Part shown: one piece after another, positions 40,170 through 50,500 of the stretch
Numbering within the stretch: position 1 is the stretch's first letter
Layout: every line of letters begins with the position of its first letter
Assembly: GCA_002389385.1 (NCBI GenBank)
Contig: DGOK01000054.1
Location: forward strand, 1,258-65,257
Length of the DNA stretch: 64,000 nt
Source of the DNA: Rhodospirillaceae bacterium UBA4468
GTDB taxonomy: Bacteria > Pseudomonadota > Alphaproteobacteria > Rhodospirillales > Casp-alpha2
Reading direction: 5' to 3'
Translations under genes and position numbers: made by a program
The notes under the pieces: generated by a model
Told to the model about the DNA's origin: nothing
Seen by the model: the letters and a program-made list of their open reading frames with translations, nothing else
Database searches by the model: none

Positions 40170-41249
40170 ATGGATACTGCAGCCGCACAAAATCGAACGC
40201 CCCCACAAACATCCACATTAGCAGATCGTTTGTCGCCTTTGAACGCGCGACGGCTAAATAGTTTCTGCGCCAATCGACGTGGGTTTTGGTCACTATGGAT
40301 TTTCCTCGTGATGTTTGTCCTTAGCTTATTCGCTGAATTTATCGCCAACGATAAACCGGTTTTCATCTGGTATGATGGTGGCGCCTATATGCCCATATTT
40401 AGCGCATATCCAGAAACTGCGTTTGGTGGCGAATTTTTAACCGAGGCTGATTATCGCGATCCTTTTGTGAGCGAGCTGATCAACGAAAAGGGCTGGATGG
40501 CCTGGCCACCTGTACGGTTTTCATACGACACGGTGAACCTGAACTTGGCAGGCCCTGCCCCTTATGGGTTAACTTCCGAAAACTGGCTTGGTACTGATGA
40601 CCAGGGCCGAGATGTGCTGGCCCGTACGATCTATGGCTTTCGAATTTCTGTTGTCTTCGGCCTCATGTTGACGATCTTAAGTTCCTTTATCGGGATCTGG
40701 ATTGGGGCCATTCAGGGATACTTTGGTGGCTGGACAGACCTCATCGGGCAGCGCTTGATCGAGATTTGGCAATCTATGCCGCAATTATATTTATTGATCA
40801 TCCTGGCCAGCGTCTTTGTACCAAGTTTCTGGCTGCTGCTTGGTCTTCTCTCATTATTCCAATGGGTCAATCTAGTTGGCGTTGTGCGCGCAGAATTTCT
40901 TCGCACGCGAAATTTCGATTACGTCCGGGCGGCGCGCGCGCTTGGCGCATCGGATTTTGTCATCATGTTTAAGCACATCTTGCCCAATGCCATGGTCGCA
41001 ACATTGACCTTCCTGCCCTTCATTCTCGCTGGCTCAGTAACAATCTTAACGTCGCTTGATTTTCTTGGGTTTGGCTTGCCGCCGGGATCGGCATCATTAG
41101 GCGAGCTTTTGAATCAGGGTAAGAACAATCTCCATGCACCTTGGTTAGGTATTACTGCGTTTTTTATTCTTTCTATAATGCTTTCGCTCCTCGTATTTAT
41201 TGGCGAAGCCGTTCGTGATGCTTTCGATCCAAGGAAGACTTTCAAATGA
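40170..41249 (+). CDS. yejE: ABC transporter permease (YejE-like)
   Basis: 359 aa from the ATG at 40170, 2 nt after the yejB stop. EAA loop AARALGAS. Confidence 0.8.
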   Translation: MDTAAAQNRTPPQTSTLADRLSPLNARRLNSFCANRRGFWSLWIFLVMFVLSLFAEFIANDKPVFIWYDGGAYMPIFSAYPETAFGGEFLTEADYRDPFVSELINEKGWMAWPPVRFSYDTVNLNLAGPAPYGLTSENWLGTDDQGRDVLARTIYGFRISVVFGLMLTILSSFIGIWIGAIQGYFGGWTDLIGQRLIEIWQSMPQLYLLIILASVFVPSFWLLLGLLSLFQWVNLVGVVRAEFLRTRNFDYVRAARALGASDFVIMFKHILPNAMVATLTFLPFILAGSVTILTSLDFLGFGLPPGSASLGELLNQGKNNLHAPWLGITAFFILSIMLSLLVFIGEAVRDAFDPRKTFK

Positions 41250-42865
41250 GTAAGATTCTATCGGTCGAAAATTTACATGTCTCGTTTGGTCAGGGTGACC
41301 GCGAAGTCAAAGCCGTCAAAGGCGTGTCCTTTGATATCGAAGCTGGACGCACCCACGCGCTGGTTGGAGAGTCAGGCTCAGGAAAGTCTGTGTCCGCTTT
41401 ATCAATCATGCGGCTGCTTCCCTACCCCACAGCCTGGCACCCATCTGGCAACATTGATTTTGATGGGCAGGAAATTATCGACGCGCCTGAGTCTTTGATG
41501 CGTTCATTCCGAGGAAATCGCATTGCGATGATTTTCCAGGAACCCCTTAATAGTTTGAACCCACTGCATTCGATTGAGAAACAAATATCTGAAGTCCTGT
41601 TTGTGCATAAGCACATGTCTCCAGGGCAAGCCCGTGACCAGGTCGTTGAGCTACTTGAATTGGTTGGCTTGGAAAGTGCGACAGAGCGCCTACATGCATT
41701 ACCGCATGAATTTTCTGGTGGACAACAGCAACGCATCATGATCGCGATGGCGCTTGCGAACGAACCGGAAATATTAATTGCAGACGAACCGACAACGGCG
41801 CTCGATGTGACAGTCCAGGCACAGATATTGGTCTTATTAAAAGAGCTCCAAGAAAAGCTCGGCATGGCAATGCTTCTCATCACGCACGATCTTGGTATCG
41901 TGCGCCGCATGGCAGACACCGTTTCTGTGATGAATGACGGTAAAGTTGTGGAAAGTGGCGATGCCCAGAATGTATTTGAGAACCCACAACACGAGTACAC
42001 TCAACACCTGTTATCAGCAGAACCTAAGGGACGATCTGATGCAGCGCCCGCTGGCGCAAGCATTCTTAAGGGCGATGACGTTCGTGTCTGGTTCCCGATT
42101 AAGCGCGGCGTGCTCCGCCGCACAGTTGGACACATCAAAGCCGTTGATGGCATTTCAGTAGATATACGCGCCGGGCATACGGTTGGTATTGTCGGCGAGT
42201 CTGGATCTGGCAAATCAACGCTTGGACGTGCACTTATTAAACTAGAGCATGCAACCGGGCAGATTGCCTTTAATGGTCAGTCTTTAGAAGGCTTGGGTTG
42301 GAAGGCATTACGCCCTCTCCGACGTGAATTTCAGATTGTCTTTCAGGATCCATATGGATCGCTTAGCCCCCGGATGTCGATCAGCCAGATTATTGAAGAA
42401 GGCTTGATCATTCATGATCTTGGGACGCCAGAAGAACGACATCAACAAGTCGCAGATGCTTTGGAAGAAGTTGGCCTGGATGCATCAATGCGTGATCGTT
42501 ATCCGCATGAATTCTCAGGTGGCCAGCGTCAGCGTATCGCCATTGCGCGTGCCCTCGCATTAAAACCAAAGTTCATTGTTTTGGACGAGCCGACCAGCGC
42601 ACTCGACATGTCAGTCCAAGCGCAGATCGTTGAATTACTGCGAGGCCTTCAAAAGAAGTATAACCTTGCCTACATGTTTATCAGTCACGATCTCAAAGTC
42701 GTTCGCGCGCTCGCTCATGATGTCGTGGTCATGAAGGACGGTAAGGTTGTCGAACAGGGCCCATCCGAACAAATTTTTGAGGCCCCACAACAACCTTATA
42801 CAAAGGCACTGTTGGCTGCCGCACTCAACTTAAGCGCAGACACCACCGGTGCTGTTAGCTCCTAA
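41246..42865 (+). CDS. yejF: ABC transporter ATPase with two fused ATP-binding cassettes (YejF-like)
   Basis: Two Walker A motifs (GESGSGKS twice), two signature motifs (FSGGQQQR and FSGGQRQR), and two Walker B motifs. Confidence 0.85.
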   Translation: MSKILSVENLHVSFGQGDREVKAVKGVSFDIEAGRTHALVGESGSGKSVSALSIMRLLPYPTAWHPSGNIDFDGQEIIDAPESLMRSFRGNRIAMIFQEPLNSLNPLHSIEKQISEVLFVHKHMSPGQARDQVVELLELVGLESATERLHALPHEFSGGQQQRIMIAMALANEPEILIADEPTTALDVTVQAQILVLLKELQEKLGMAMLLITHDLGIVRRMADTVSVMNDGKVVESGDAQNVFENPQHEYTQHLLSAEPKGRSDAAPAGASILKGDDVRVWFPIKRGVLRRTVGHIKAVDGISVDIRAGHTVGIVGESGSGKSTLGRALIKLEHATGQIAFNGQSLEGLGWKALRPLRREFQIVFQDPYGSLSPRMSISQIIEEGLIIHDLGTPEERHQQVADALEEVGLDASMRDRYPHEFSGGQRQRIAIARALALKPKFIVLDEPTSALDMSVQAQIVELLRGLQKKYNLAYMFISHDLKVVRALAHDVVVMKDGKVVEQGPSEQIFEAPQQPYTKALLAAALNLSADTTGAVSS

Positions 42866-42889
42866 TTTCTAATCACAGGGATACTATCC

Positions 42890-43822
42890 ATGAAGTTTCT
42901 ATTTATCTCAGCCGCCGATAAGGCAATCGCATGGCGTGAGGCCATTCTTGGGAAGTTTCCTGATGCGACATTTGATATCTGGCCGGACGAAGTGGTTGAT
43001 AAAGCATCTTACGATTATGCCATTGTATGGCGACCGCCTGTCGGGGAATTAAAGACGTATCTAAATCTTAAAGGTATCCTTTCACTTGGTGCGGGTATTG
43101 ACGGCATCCTGATGGATACAGAATTACCTGATGACATCCCCGTTGTACGCCTTGTCGATCGTTGCCTGACTGAAGGCATGAGCGAGTACGTCTTATATTG
43201 GGTGATCCATTATCATCGCCGCATGGGTGTGTATCTTAACTGGACGGCAAATGGCACATGGAAACAGATGCGCCAGACAGATACCCGTGACAAGAAAGTT
43301 GGTTTCCTGGGTATTGGCGAACTTGGAAGCGACGCAGCTGGTAAAGCTGCTGCCTTGGGCTTTGACGTCGCAGGTTGGTCTCGGACTGAGAAAAAGATCG
43401 ATGGGATCACGTCCTTTTATGGCGCCGATGGTCTTGTCCCGTTTTTGAACAGAACAGAAATTCTCATTATATTATTGCCGCTCACTGATTCGACAAAAGG
43501 CATTATTAACAAAGACACCCTAGCTGCATTGCCAGAAGGTGCATCGATTATCAATTGCGCACGCGGAGCACACGTCGTCGACGAAGATTTGATTGCCGCA
43601 CTCGATAGCGGACACATCAACGCAGCAACATTGGATGTCTTTCACGTAGAACCTCTCCCAGAAGATCATCCGTATTGGACCCATCCGAAAGTAACCGTAA
43701 CTCCACATGTTGCGAGCTTAACGGTACCGTCGAGTGCTGCGGATTGGATGGAAGAGAACATCAAGTTAATTGAGGCAGGCAAGCCACCACTCAACACCGT
43801 TGATGTGAAAAAAGGTTATTGA
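42890..43822 (+). CDS. D-isomer-specific 2-hydroxyacid dehydrogenase (glyoxylate/hydroxypyruvate reductase A-like)
   Basis: 310 aa. NAD fold GFLGIGELG, catalytic region NCARG…D, and TPHVAS. Confidence 0.8.
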   Translation: MKFLFISAADKAIAWREAILGKFPDATFDIWPDEVVDKASYDYAIVWRPPVGELKTYLNLKGILSLGAGIDGILMDTELPDDIPVVRLVDRCLTEGMSEYVLYWVIHYHRRMGVYLNWTANGTWKQMRQTDTRDKKVGFLGIGELGSDAAGKAAALGFDVAGWSRTEKKIDGITSFYGADGLVPFLNRTEILIILLPLTDSTKGIINKDTLAALPEGASIINCARGAHVVDEDLIAALDSGHINAATLDVFHVEPLPEDHPYWTHPKVTVTPHVASLTVPSSAADWMEENIKLIEAGKPPLNTVDVKKGY

Positions 43823-44544
43823 GCTAAGCCCGTCCAGATCATTGAACCTCCTGAGATGACCAGCATGATATCAAGCAGGTAGTCGAAGGTCCGCACGCTC
43901 ATCCGGTCGACAAAGTACTTTCCAATAAACGAGCCTGCCATGATGGTGCCGCCGACGATCAACCCTTGAACGATTTGTGGCCAGGGGAGCGCACCAAAAT
44001 GCTGGAATGTCGCGACTTTGCTGATCATTAAAGCTAGAGACGCCACCGCTTCGGTCGACAACAATGTGCCTTTGCTTAAACCCACGGCTGCAAATGCTGG
44101 AATGCTGAGTGGCCCGGTCGAAATCACGATGCCTGTGAGGAATCCGATGCCACCACCGATGATGGCCAGTTGCCACAACGGCAGATTAAAATCTCGCACA
44201 CGCATCCATCGTCGAAGCGGGATCATACCAAGAAAGAAAAAGCCTAGTGCAAGTTCGACGACGCTTGCTGGTAACGTCAGTAACGTTCGGGCACCAAGTG
44301 CGGCGCCCGGCGCACCAAAGCATGTATAAGCCCAAAAGGCGCGCCAGTGGATTGCACGCCACCAGGCGAGCGCCTTACCAATATTCCCGACCACCGAAGC
44401 GACAGCCATGATCGGCACGGCTTGTTGTGGACCGAACTGTAAAATGAGAATTGGCAGTAAAATGATTGAGGCGCCCGTGCCGATAATGCCGCTCAATGTT
44501 CCCGACGCCAGACCCGCTAAAAGAACAAAAACGTAACCGGTCAT
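43816..44544 (-). CDS. TauE/SafE-family anion exporter membrane protein
   Basis: 242 aa, about 7-8 TM helices, internally duplicated GxGGG-type segments (GIIGTGASIILLP / IIGGGIGFLTG). Confidence 0.7.
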   Translation of the reverse strand: MTGYVFVLLAGLASGTLSGIIGTGASIILLPILILQFGPQQAVPIMAVASVVGNIGKALAWWRAIHWRAFWAYTCFGAPGAALGARTLLTLPASVVELALGFFFLGMIPLRRWMRVRDFNLPLWQLAIIGGGIGFLTGIVISTGPLSIPAFAAVGLSKGTLLSTEAVASLALMISKVATFQHFGALPWPQIVQGLIVGGTIMAGSFIGKYFVDRMSVRTFDYLLDIMLVISGGSMIWTGLAQ

Positions 44545-45350
44545 ATGACGCCGTAGGCAACCATCAGCAAGAATACACCCAGAATCACACGATAAATCAC
44601 AAATGGTGTAAATGATGCGCGCTTTAACCAGGCCATCATAATCGCGATCGCGATCAGCGCGAATCCAAACGCCAGCCCTGCCGCAATAAACACGTCTGAG
44701 GCTAATTCGACACTGCCACTTTCATAAAGATCGAGGCCACTTAAAGTCCCTGCTGCAATGATCGTTGGGATCGACAGCAATAAAGAAAATCTGGCCGCAT
44801 CCACCCGTTCCATTCCAATGAAGCGCGCCGCCGTCATCGTAATACCTGACCGACTGGTTCCTGGAATCAATGCAAGGCACTGAGCCGCACCAATGAACAA
44901 CACGTCGAGAATTCCTAAATGCTCAATCCGCCGCACCGTCATACCGACTTGATCTGAGATCCAGAGTAAAAGACCAAAGCCAAGCGTTGCCCACGCAATG
45001 ACTTCCAGACTTCTAAACATACCAGGGAAATATTGGTGTAACGCGTATCCAGCACAAACGACGGGAATGGTTCCAATAACAAGCAGACCAAATAATCTAG
45101 CGCCAGGAGCTGAACGGCCACGCATAAACATGATGACACCGCCCACCATGGAGCCAACATCGCGGTATAAGTAGACGAGAACGGCGAACAGCGTTCCAAC
45201 ATGGACAGCAACGTCCATGATGAGCCCTTGGTCAGGCCAACCTAAGAATTGTGGGACCAAAACAAGATGGCCCGACGAACTTATCGGCAAAAATTCCGTA
45301 AGTCCCTGAACAGCAGCTAAAATAGCAAGATGTAGGATCGGCATGCACAC
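44541..45350 (-). CDS. uppP: undecaprenyl-diphosphate phosphatase
   Basis: LTEFLPISSSGHL and PGTSRSGITM motifs. GTG at 45350, or ATG two codons downstream. Confidence 0.9.
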   Translation of the reverse strand: MCMPILHLAILAAVQGLTEFLPISSSGHLVLVPQFLGWPDQGLIMDVAVHVGTLFAVLVYLYRDVGSMVGGVIMFMRGRSAPGARLFGLLVIGTIPVVCAGYALHQYFPGMFRSLEVIAWATLGFGLLLWISDQVGMTVRRIEHLGILDVLFIGAAQCLALIPGTSRSGITMTAARFIGMERVDAARFSLLLSIPTIIAAGTLSGLDLYESGSVELASDVFIAAGLAFGFALIAIAIMMAWLKRASFTPFVIYRVILGVFLLMVAYGVI

Positions 45351-45630
45351 CCCTCACAAGGCCTTGTAATCAATACCGCGATTGTGATGCCCTGCCAATC
45401 ATCAAATTAGTCAATAAATAGGACTAATTGCACTTATTTATACTCAATTTCTCCAATTCCACGGCAATATAAATATATTCATTGCGCAAACCGCCATAAA
45501 TTAGTAAAAAATACTGACCTAATGACCATGATCCGTTATCCAACGCCACTTTGCGATAAGAGTTTTGCATGGTTCTGGCGAAATAACGAAGATTGCAGCG
45601 TGGTAAAACAGTGTTTCGGAGGGACTTTAA

Positions 45631-47097
45631 ATGCCAGATCGCATGCAACAATTCATCAATATTGATGGCTCGATGCCTGATAAACGCAACGCTGATAAAC
45701 GCCGCGAAGACTTCGATGAAATTTATGATGAATACAGTGCTGAAGGTGCTGTCGAACAGGCTTCACGGTGCGAGCAATGTGGCATTCCTTACTGTCAGGT
45801 TCATTGTCCGTTACAAAACAATATTCCAGATTGGCTCCAGCTTGCAACCGAAGGGCGTCTGCAAGAAGCCTATGAAGTCTCACAAGCAACGAATACGTTT
45901 CCTGAAGTCTGCGGGCGCATTTGCCCACAAGACCGATTGTGTGAAGGATCCTGTGTGCTTGAGCAATCTCGCCATGGCACAGTGACGATTGGTGCTGTTG
46001 AGAAATACATTACCGATACCGCATGGAAAGAAGGCTGGGTTAAGGCCCCCGTGGCCCGCACCGAGCTCGAGCAATCCATTGGCATTATTGGTGGTGGCCC
46101 AGCAGGCCTTGCAGCGGCTGAACGACTTGTCACGTTAGGGTATCAGATTCACGTTTACGACCGATATGATCGCATGGGCGGCCTGATGATTTATGGTATC
46201 CCTAACTTTAAGCTTGAGAAAGATATTGTTGAGCGTCGCACCAAACTATTGGCCGATGGTGGCATTATTTATCATCATGAATTTGAAGTTGGACGCGACG
46301 CATCCCTTGAAGACTTGAGAGAAAAGCACGACGCTGTTTTGATCGCGACGGGCGTCTACAAGCCGCGCGAACTCCCAGCGCCGGGTTCTGGTTTGAAAAA
46401 TATTTTTGCAGCGATGGATTTTCTGACCGCATCAAATCGCAAGGGCCTTGGCGATGCCGTCCCTATGTTTGATGACGGCACGCTGAATGCAAATGGTAAA
46501 AACGTTGTCGTTATTGGCGGCGGCGACACCGCAATGGATTGCGTACGAACAGCCGTACGCCAAGGTGCAAAGACGGTCAAATGCTTGTATCGACGTGACC
46601 GCGCGAATATGCCCGGCTCACAGCGAGAAGTCTCTAACGCAGAAGAAGAAGGCGTCGAATTTGTCTGGCTCTCGGCACCAGAGGCTTTCCACGGCAAGGA
46701 CCACGTTGAGGCCGTCCAGGCACATCGCATTCACTTGGGGATTGCCGACATCACTGGTCGCCAAACACCTGAGCCTATTCCAGATTCAAGCTTTAATCTG
46801 GATGCTGACATTGCAATCAAAGCTCTTGGCTTCGATCCAGAAGACCTGCCAACGTTGTTTAATGCACCAGAACTTGGGGTCAGCAAGTGGGGCACGATCA
46901 ATGTTCAAGAGCCAAACAAAATGACGAATCTCGAAGGTGTCTTTGCCGCAGGAGATATTTATCGCGGTGCGTCTCTTGTTGTTTGGGCCATCAAAGATGG
47001 ACGCGATGCCGCTGACGGCATTCATCAGTATGTGCAGAACAAGAAATCTGAGCAACTCGGTCGAGATATCGACGAATCTCTTCGGGAGGCAAGTTGA
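45631..47097 (+). CDS. gltD: glutamate synthase small subunit
   Basis: 488 aa. Fe-S cysteine clusters (CEQCGIPYC…CP, CGRICPQDRLCEGSC) and two dinucleotide folds (GGGPAGLAAA, VIGGGDTAMDC). Confidence 0.95.
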   Translation: MPDRMQQFINIDGSMPDKRNADKRREDFDEIYDEYSAEGAVEQASRCEQCGIPYCQVHCPLQNNIPDWLQLATEGRLQEAYEVSQATNTFPEVCGRICPQDRLCEGSCVLEQSRHGTVTIGAVEKYITDTAWKEGWVKAPVARTELEQSIGIIGGGPAGLAAAERLVTLGYQIHVYDRYDRMGGLMIYGIPNFKLEKDIVERRTKLLADGGIIYHHEFEVGRDASLEDLREKHDAVLIATGVYKPRELPAPGSGLKNIFAAMDFLTASNRKGLGDAVPMFDDGTLNANGKNVVVIGGGDTAMDCVRTAVRQGAKTVKCLYRRDRANMPGSQREVSNAEEEGVEFVWLSAPEAFHGKDHVEAVQAHRIHLGIADITGRQTPEPIPDSSFNLDADIAIKALGFDPEDLPTLFNAPELGVSKWGTINVQEPNKMTNLEGVFAAGDIYRGASLVVWAIKDGRDAADGIHQYVQNKKSEQLGRDIDESLREAS

Positions 47098-47528
47098 TGT
47101 TAGCAAAAGGCGGTTGTCTCTGCGGGGAGGTCCGCTTTTCAGCACCTGACGAGGTCGTTGAAGTTGGTGTTTGCCATTGCAACATGTGCCAACGTTGGTC
47201 CGGCGGGCCAGGCTTTGCTACGCATTCAGGCAAAGCCCCAAAGATCGAAGGCGCTGAAAATATTAAATGGTACCGAAGTTCAGAATGGGCTGAGCGCGGC
47301 TTCTGCAATGAATGCGGCAGCAATCTATTCTATCGTCTAGGCGGCGATGAGCCTCAATATTCTTGTTTCGCAGGACCATTTGACGATCAAAAAAAATTCA
47401 AACTCGCAGCGCAAACCTTTATCGAAGAAAAACCAGATTACTACGCCTTTGCTGGCGACATTCCATCGATGACCGGCGCCGAAGTTTTTGCCATGTTCGC
47501 GCCATCCAGCAACAGTTCTGAGGGATAA
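47094..47528 (+). CDS. GFA-family (glutathione-dependent formaldehyde-activating / CENP-V-like) zinc protein
   Basis: 144 aa. CLCGEVRF, CHCNMCQRWSGGP and the later CNECGS cysteine pattern. Overlaps the gltD stop (ATGA). Confidence 0.8.
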   Translation: MMLAKGGCLCGEVRFSAPDEVVEVGVCHCNMCQRWSGGPGFATHSGKAPKIEGAENIKWYRSSEWAERGFCNECGSNLFYRLGGDEPQYSCFAGPFDDQKKFKLAAQTFIEEKPDYYAFAGDIPSMTGAEVFAMFAPSSNSSEG

Positions 47529-47532
47529 AATT

Positions 47533-50500
47533 ATGAGCGATAAAAATATCGAAACGGGAAAAGAATTCGTCAGAAACTGGCAGCAAAACGCAGACCATCT
47601 TGAAAAAACAGGAATGTACAATCAGGATGAAGAGCATGCGTCATGTGGCGTAGGCATGATTGCAGCGATGGATGGCACACCGAGCCGTCGTGTTGTTGAA
47701 TCTGGAATCGAGGCGCTTAAGAAAATCTGGCATCGTGGTGCCGTAGACGCCGATGGTAAAACCGGTGATGGCGCTGGTATCCATGTTCAAATTCCCTGGG
47801 AATTTGTAAAAGAGCATATTCGCTACACTGGCCATGAGCCGGGTGATTCAAAAATTGCTGTCGGCATGATTTTTCTGCCAAAAGCCGATCTTGGTGCGCA
47901 GGAAGTATGCCGAAGCATTGTTGAGACAGAAGTCCTTCGTGCAGGATACAGCATTTATGGTTGGCGACAGGTTCCTATCAACGTCGAGGTTATCGGCGAA
48001 AAAGCCAATGCATCACGCCCTGAGATTGAGCAAATCATGCTCTCAACAAGTCCTGACGTGACGTATGAAGACTTTGAACGCGATCTTTATGTCGTTCGCC
48101 GCCGCATTGAGCAGCAAGTCTTAAACGAACACATCAATGACTTTTATATCTGCTCTTTGAGCTGTCGTTCCGTTGTCTACAAAGGCATGTTCCTGGCCGA
48201 ACAGCTGACGTCATTCTATCCAGACCTACTGGACGAGCGTTTCATCTCAAATTTTGCGATCTATCACCAACGGTATTCAACGAACACGTTCCCAACGTGG
48301 CGCCTTGCTCAGCCATTTCGGATGCTCGCGCACAATGGTGAAATTAATACGCTGACCGGCAACGTCAAATTGATGCAATCGCACGAACCTAAAATGGCGT
48401 CGCCTCTATTCGGCGATAACATTGAAGACTTGAAGCCTATCATTCCAAAGCGGAGCTCTGACTCTGAAGCACTCGACAGTGTGTTTGAACTTTTATGTCG
48501 TGCCGGGCGACCTGCGCCGATGGTCAAAGCAATGACGATCCCTGAATCCATTGCACAGAACAAAACGATGCCCCCTGAACATGAAGCCTTGTTCTCATAT
48601 TGTAATGCTGTGCTCGAGCCTTGGGATGGTCCCGCAGCGATCTGCGCACATGACGGACGCTGGGTTATCGCTGGACTCGACCGTAATGGCCTTCGTCCTA
48701 TGCGGTTTGTGACGACAAAAGACGGACTATTAGTTGTCGGCTCTGAAGCCGGCATGGTGGAAATTCCCGAAAGCGATATTACCGAAAAAGGCCGCTTAGG
48801 GCCTGGTGGTATGATCGGCATCAATCTGGAAGATGGTAAATTTTATCACGACAATGAGCTCAAATCCCTGATCGCCAAGCGAGGCGACTTTGGCAAATGG
48901 GTTGAGCGCACCCAAATTCTAGACGAATTGATCAAAGCCGATGATGTCAAAGGCAGCCGCTTGACGCGTGAAGAATTACGTCGTCGCCAGCATTGCTTTG
49001 GCCTGAGCATGGAAGACATGGAGATGATTCTCCAGCCCATGATTGAAGGTGGAAAAGAAGCGACAGGATCAATGGGTGATGATGCGCCATTGGCTGTCCT
49101 TTCGGATCGCCATCGCGGCATGCATCATTTCTTTCGCCAAGCCTTTAGCCAGGTAACGAACCCACCGATCGACAGCTTGCGCGAACGCCGCGTCATGAGT
49201 TTGAAGACGCGTCTGGGGAACCTCGGCAACATCCTCGAAGAAGAACCGACCCAGTGCGACCTTCTCCAGTTGGAAAGCCCTGTCCTCAGTAACACAGCAT
49301 TCGAAGCCATGAAACGTTACATGGGTGACACCGCAGCCGAAGTTGACTGCACGTTCACGCCAGATGGCCCCAACTCACTGACAAACGCCTTAATCCGTAT
49401 CCGCCAAGAGGCCGAAGCCGCTGTGCGTGAGGGCAAAACACACCTTGTATTGTCCGACATGAATACAGGCGAAGGCCGTGCCCCTGTGCCAATGATCTTG
49501 GCAGCTGGTGGTGTCCACACTCATTTGGTTCGTGAAGAATTACGGACGTTTACGTCGATCAATGTGCGGTCATCAGAATGTCTCGATGTTCATTATTTCG
49601 CTGTACTGATTGGTGTTGGCTCGACAACCGTCAACGCTTACCTCGCAGAAGAAGCGATCTACGACCGCCAACGGCGCGGACTGCTGGGTGATATCAGCGT
49701 CGAAGCAGCTGTTGAAAACTTCAAAACAGCGATTGATCAAGGTTTGCTCAAAATCATGTCTAAGATGGGCATTGGCGTTTTGAGTTCTTACCGGGGTGGG
49801 TACTGTTTTGAGGCCGTTGGTTTATCACGCGCCCTTGTTGCAGAATTTTTCCCAGGCATGTCATCGCGGATTTCAGGCATTGGCTTGTCAGGTATAAAGA
49901 AGAATATCGCAGCAATGCATAAAGATGCATATCAAGCGGATGCGATCCCACTGCCCGTTGGTGGCTTCTATAAGTTCCGAGCCGGCGGCGAGCGTCACGG
50001 CCATGACGGCAAGCTGATCCATGTCTTACAGACAGCGGTCGGCAATGAATCCTACACACTCTATAAAAAATACGCCAAGGGTGTTCAGTCCCGCGAGCCT
50101 ATCTATTTACGCGACCTGCTGGACTTCAAGCCGGATCGTAGAAGCATTAGTGTTGAACGCGTTCAAAGTGTCACAGAAATCAGGAAGCGCCTGGTCGCAC
50201 CTGGCATTTCGCTTGGCGCGCTGAGCGTCGAAGCACATGAAACGCTATCCATCGCGATGAACCGGATTGGCGCGAAGTCAGATTCTGGTGAAGGTGGCGA
50301 GGATCCTGCGCGTTTCCAACCGCGCCCAAACGGTGACAACCCATCCAGCGCCATCAAGCAGATTGCGTCCGGTCGCTTTGGTGTTACGGCTGAATATCTA
50401 AATAACTGTCGTGAGATCGAGATTAAGATCGCACAAGGTGCAAAACCTGGCGAAGGTGGCCAGTTACCTGGGTTCAAAGTAACATCAATGATCGCCAAGT

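Noticed and set aside
41422-42000. Long antisense ORFs opposite well-identified genes, for example 41422..42000 (192 aa, opposite yejF), 20506..21012 (opposite fmt), 21122..21676 (opposite def), 25565..26020 (opposite the pentapeptide gene), 48309..48824 (opposite gltB) and 61830..62309 (opposite the cyclodeaminase gene).
   Set aside because: Each lies entirely inside a gene with unambiguous family motifs on the other strand. Their translations are low-complexity (Ser/Arg/Ala/Pro-rich) with no recognisable motifs, which is typical of shadow ORFs.
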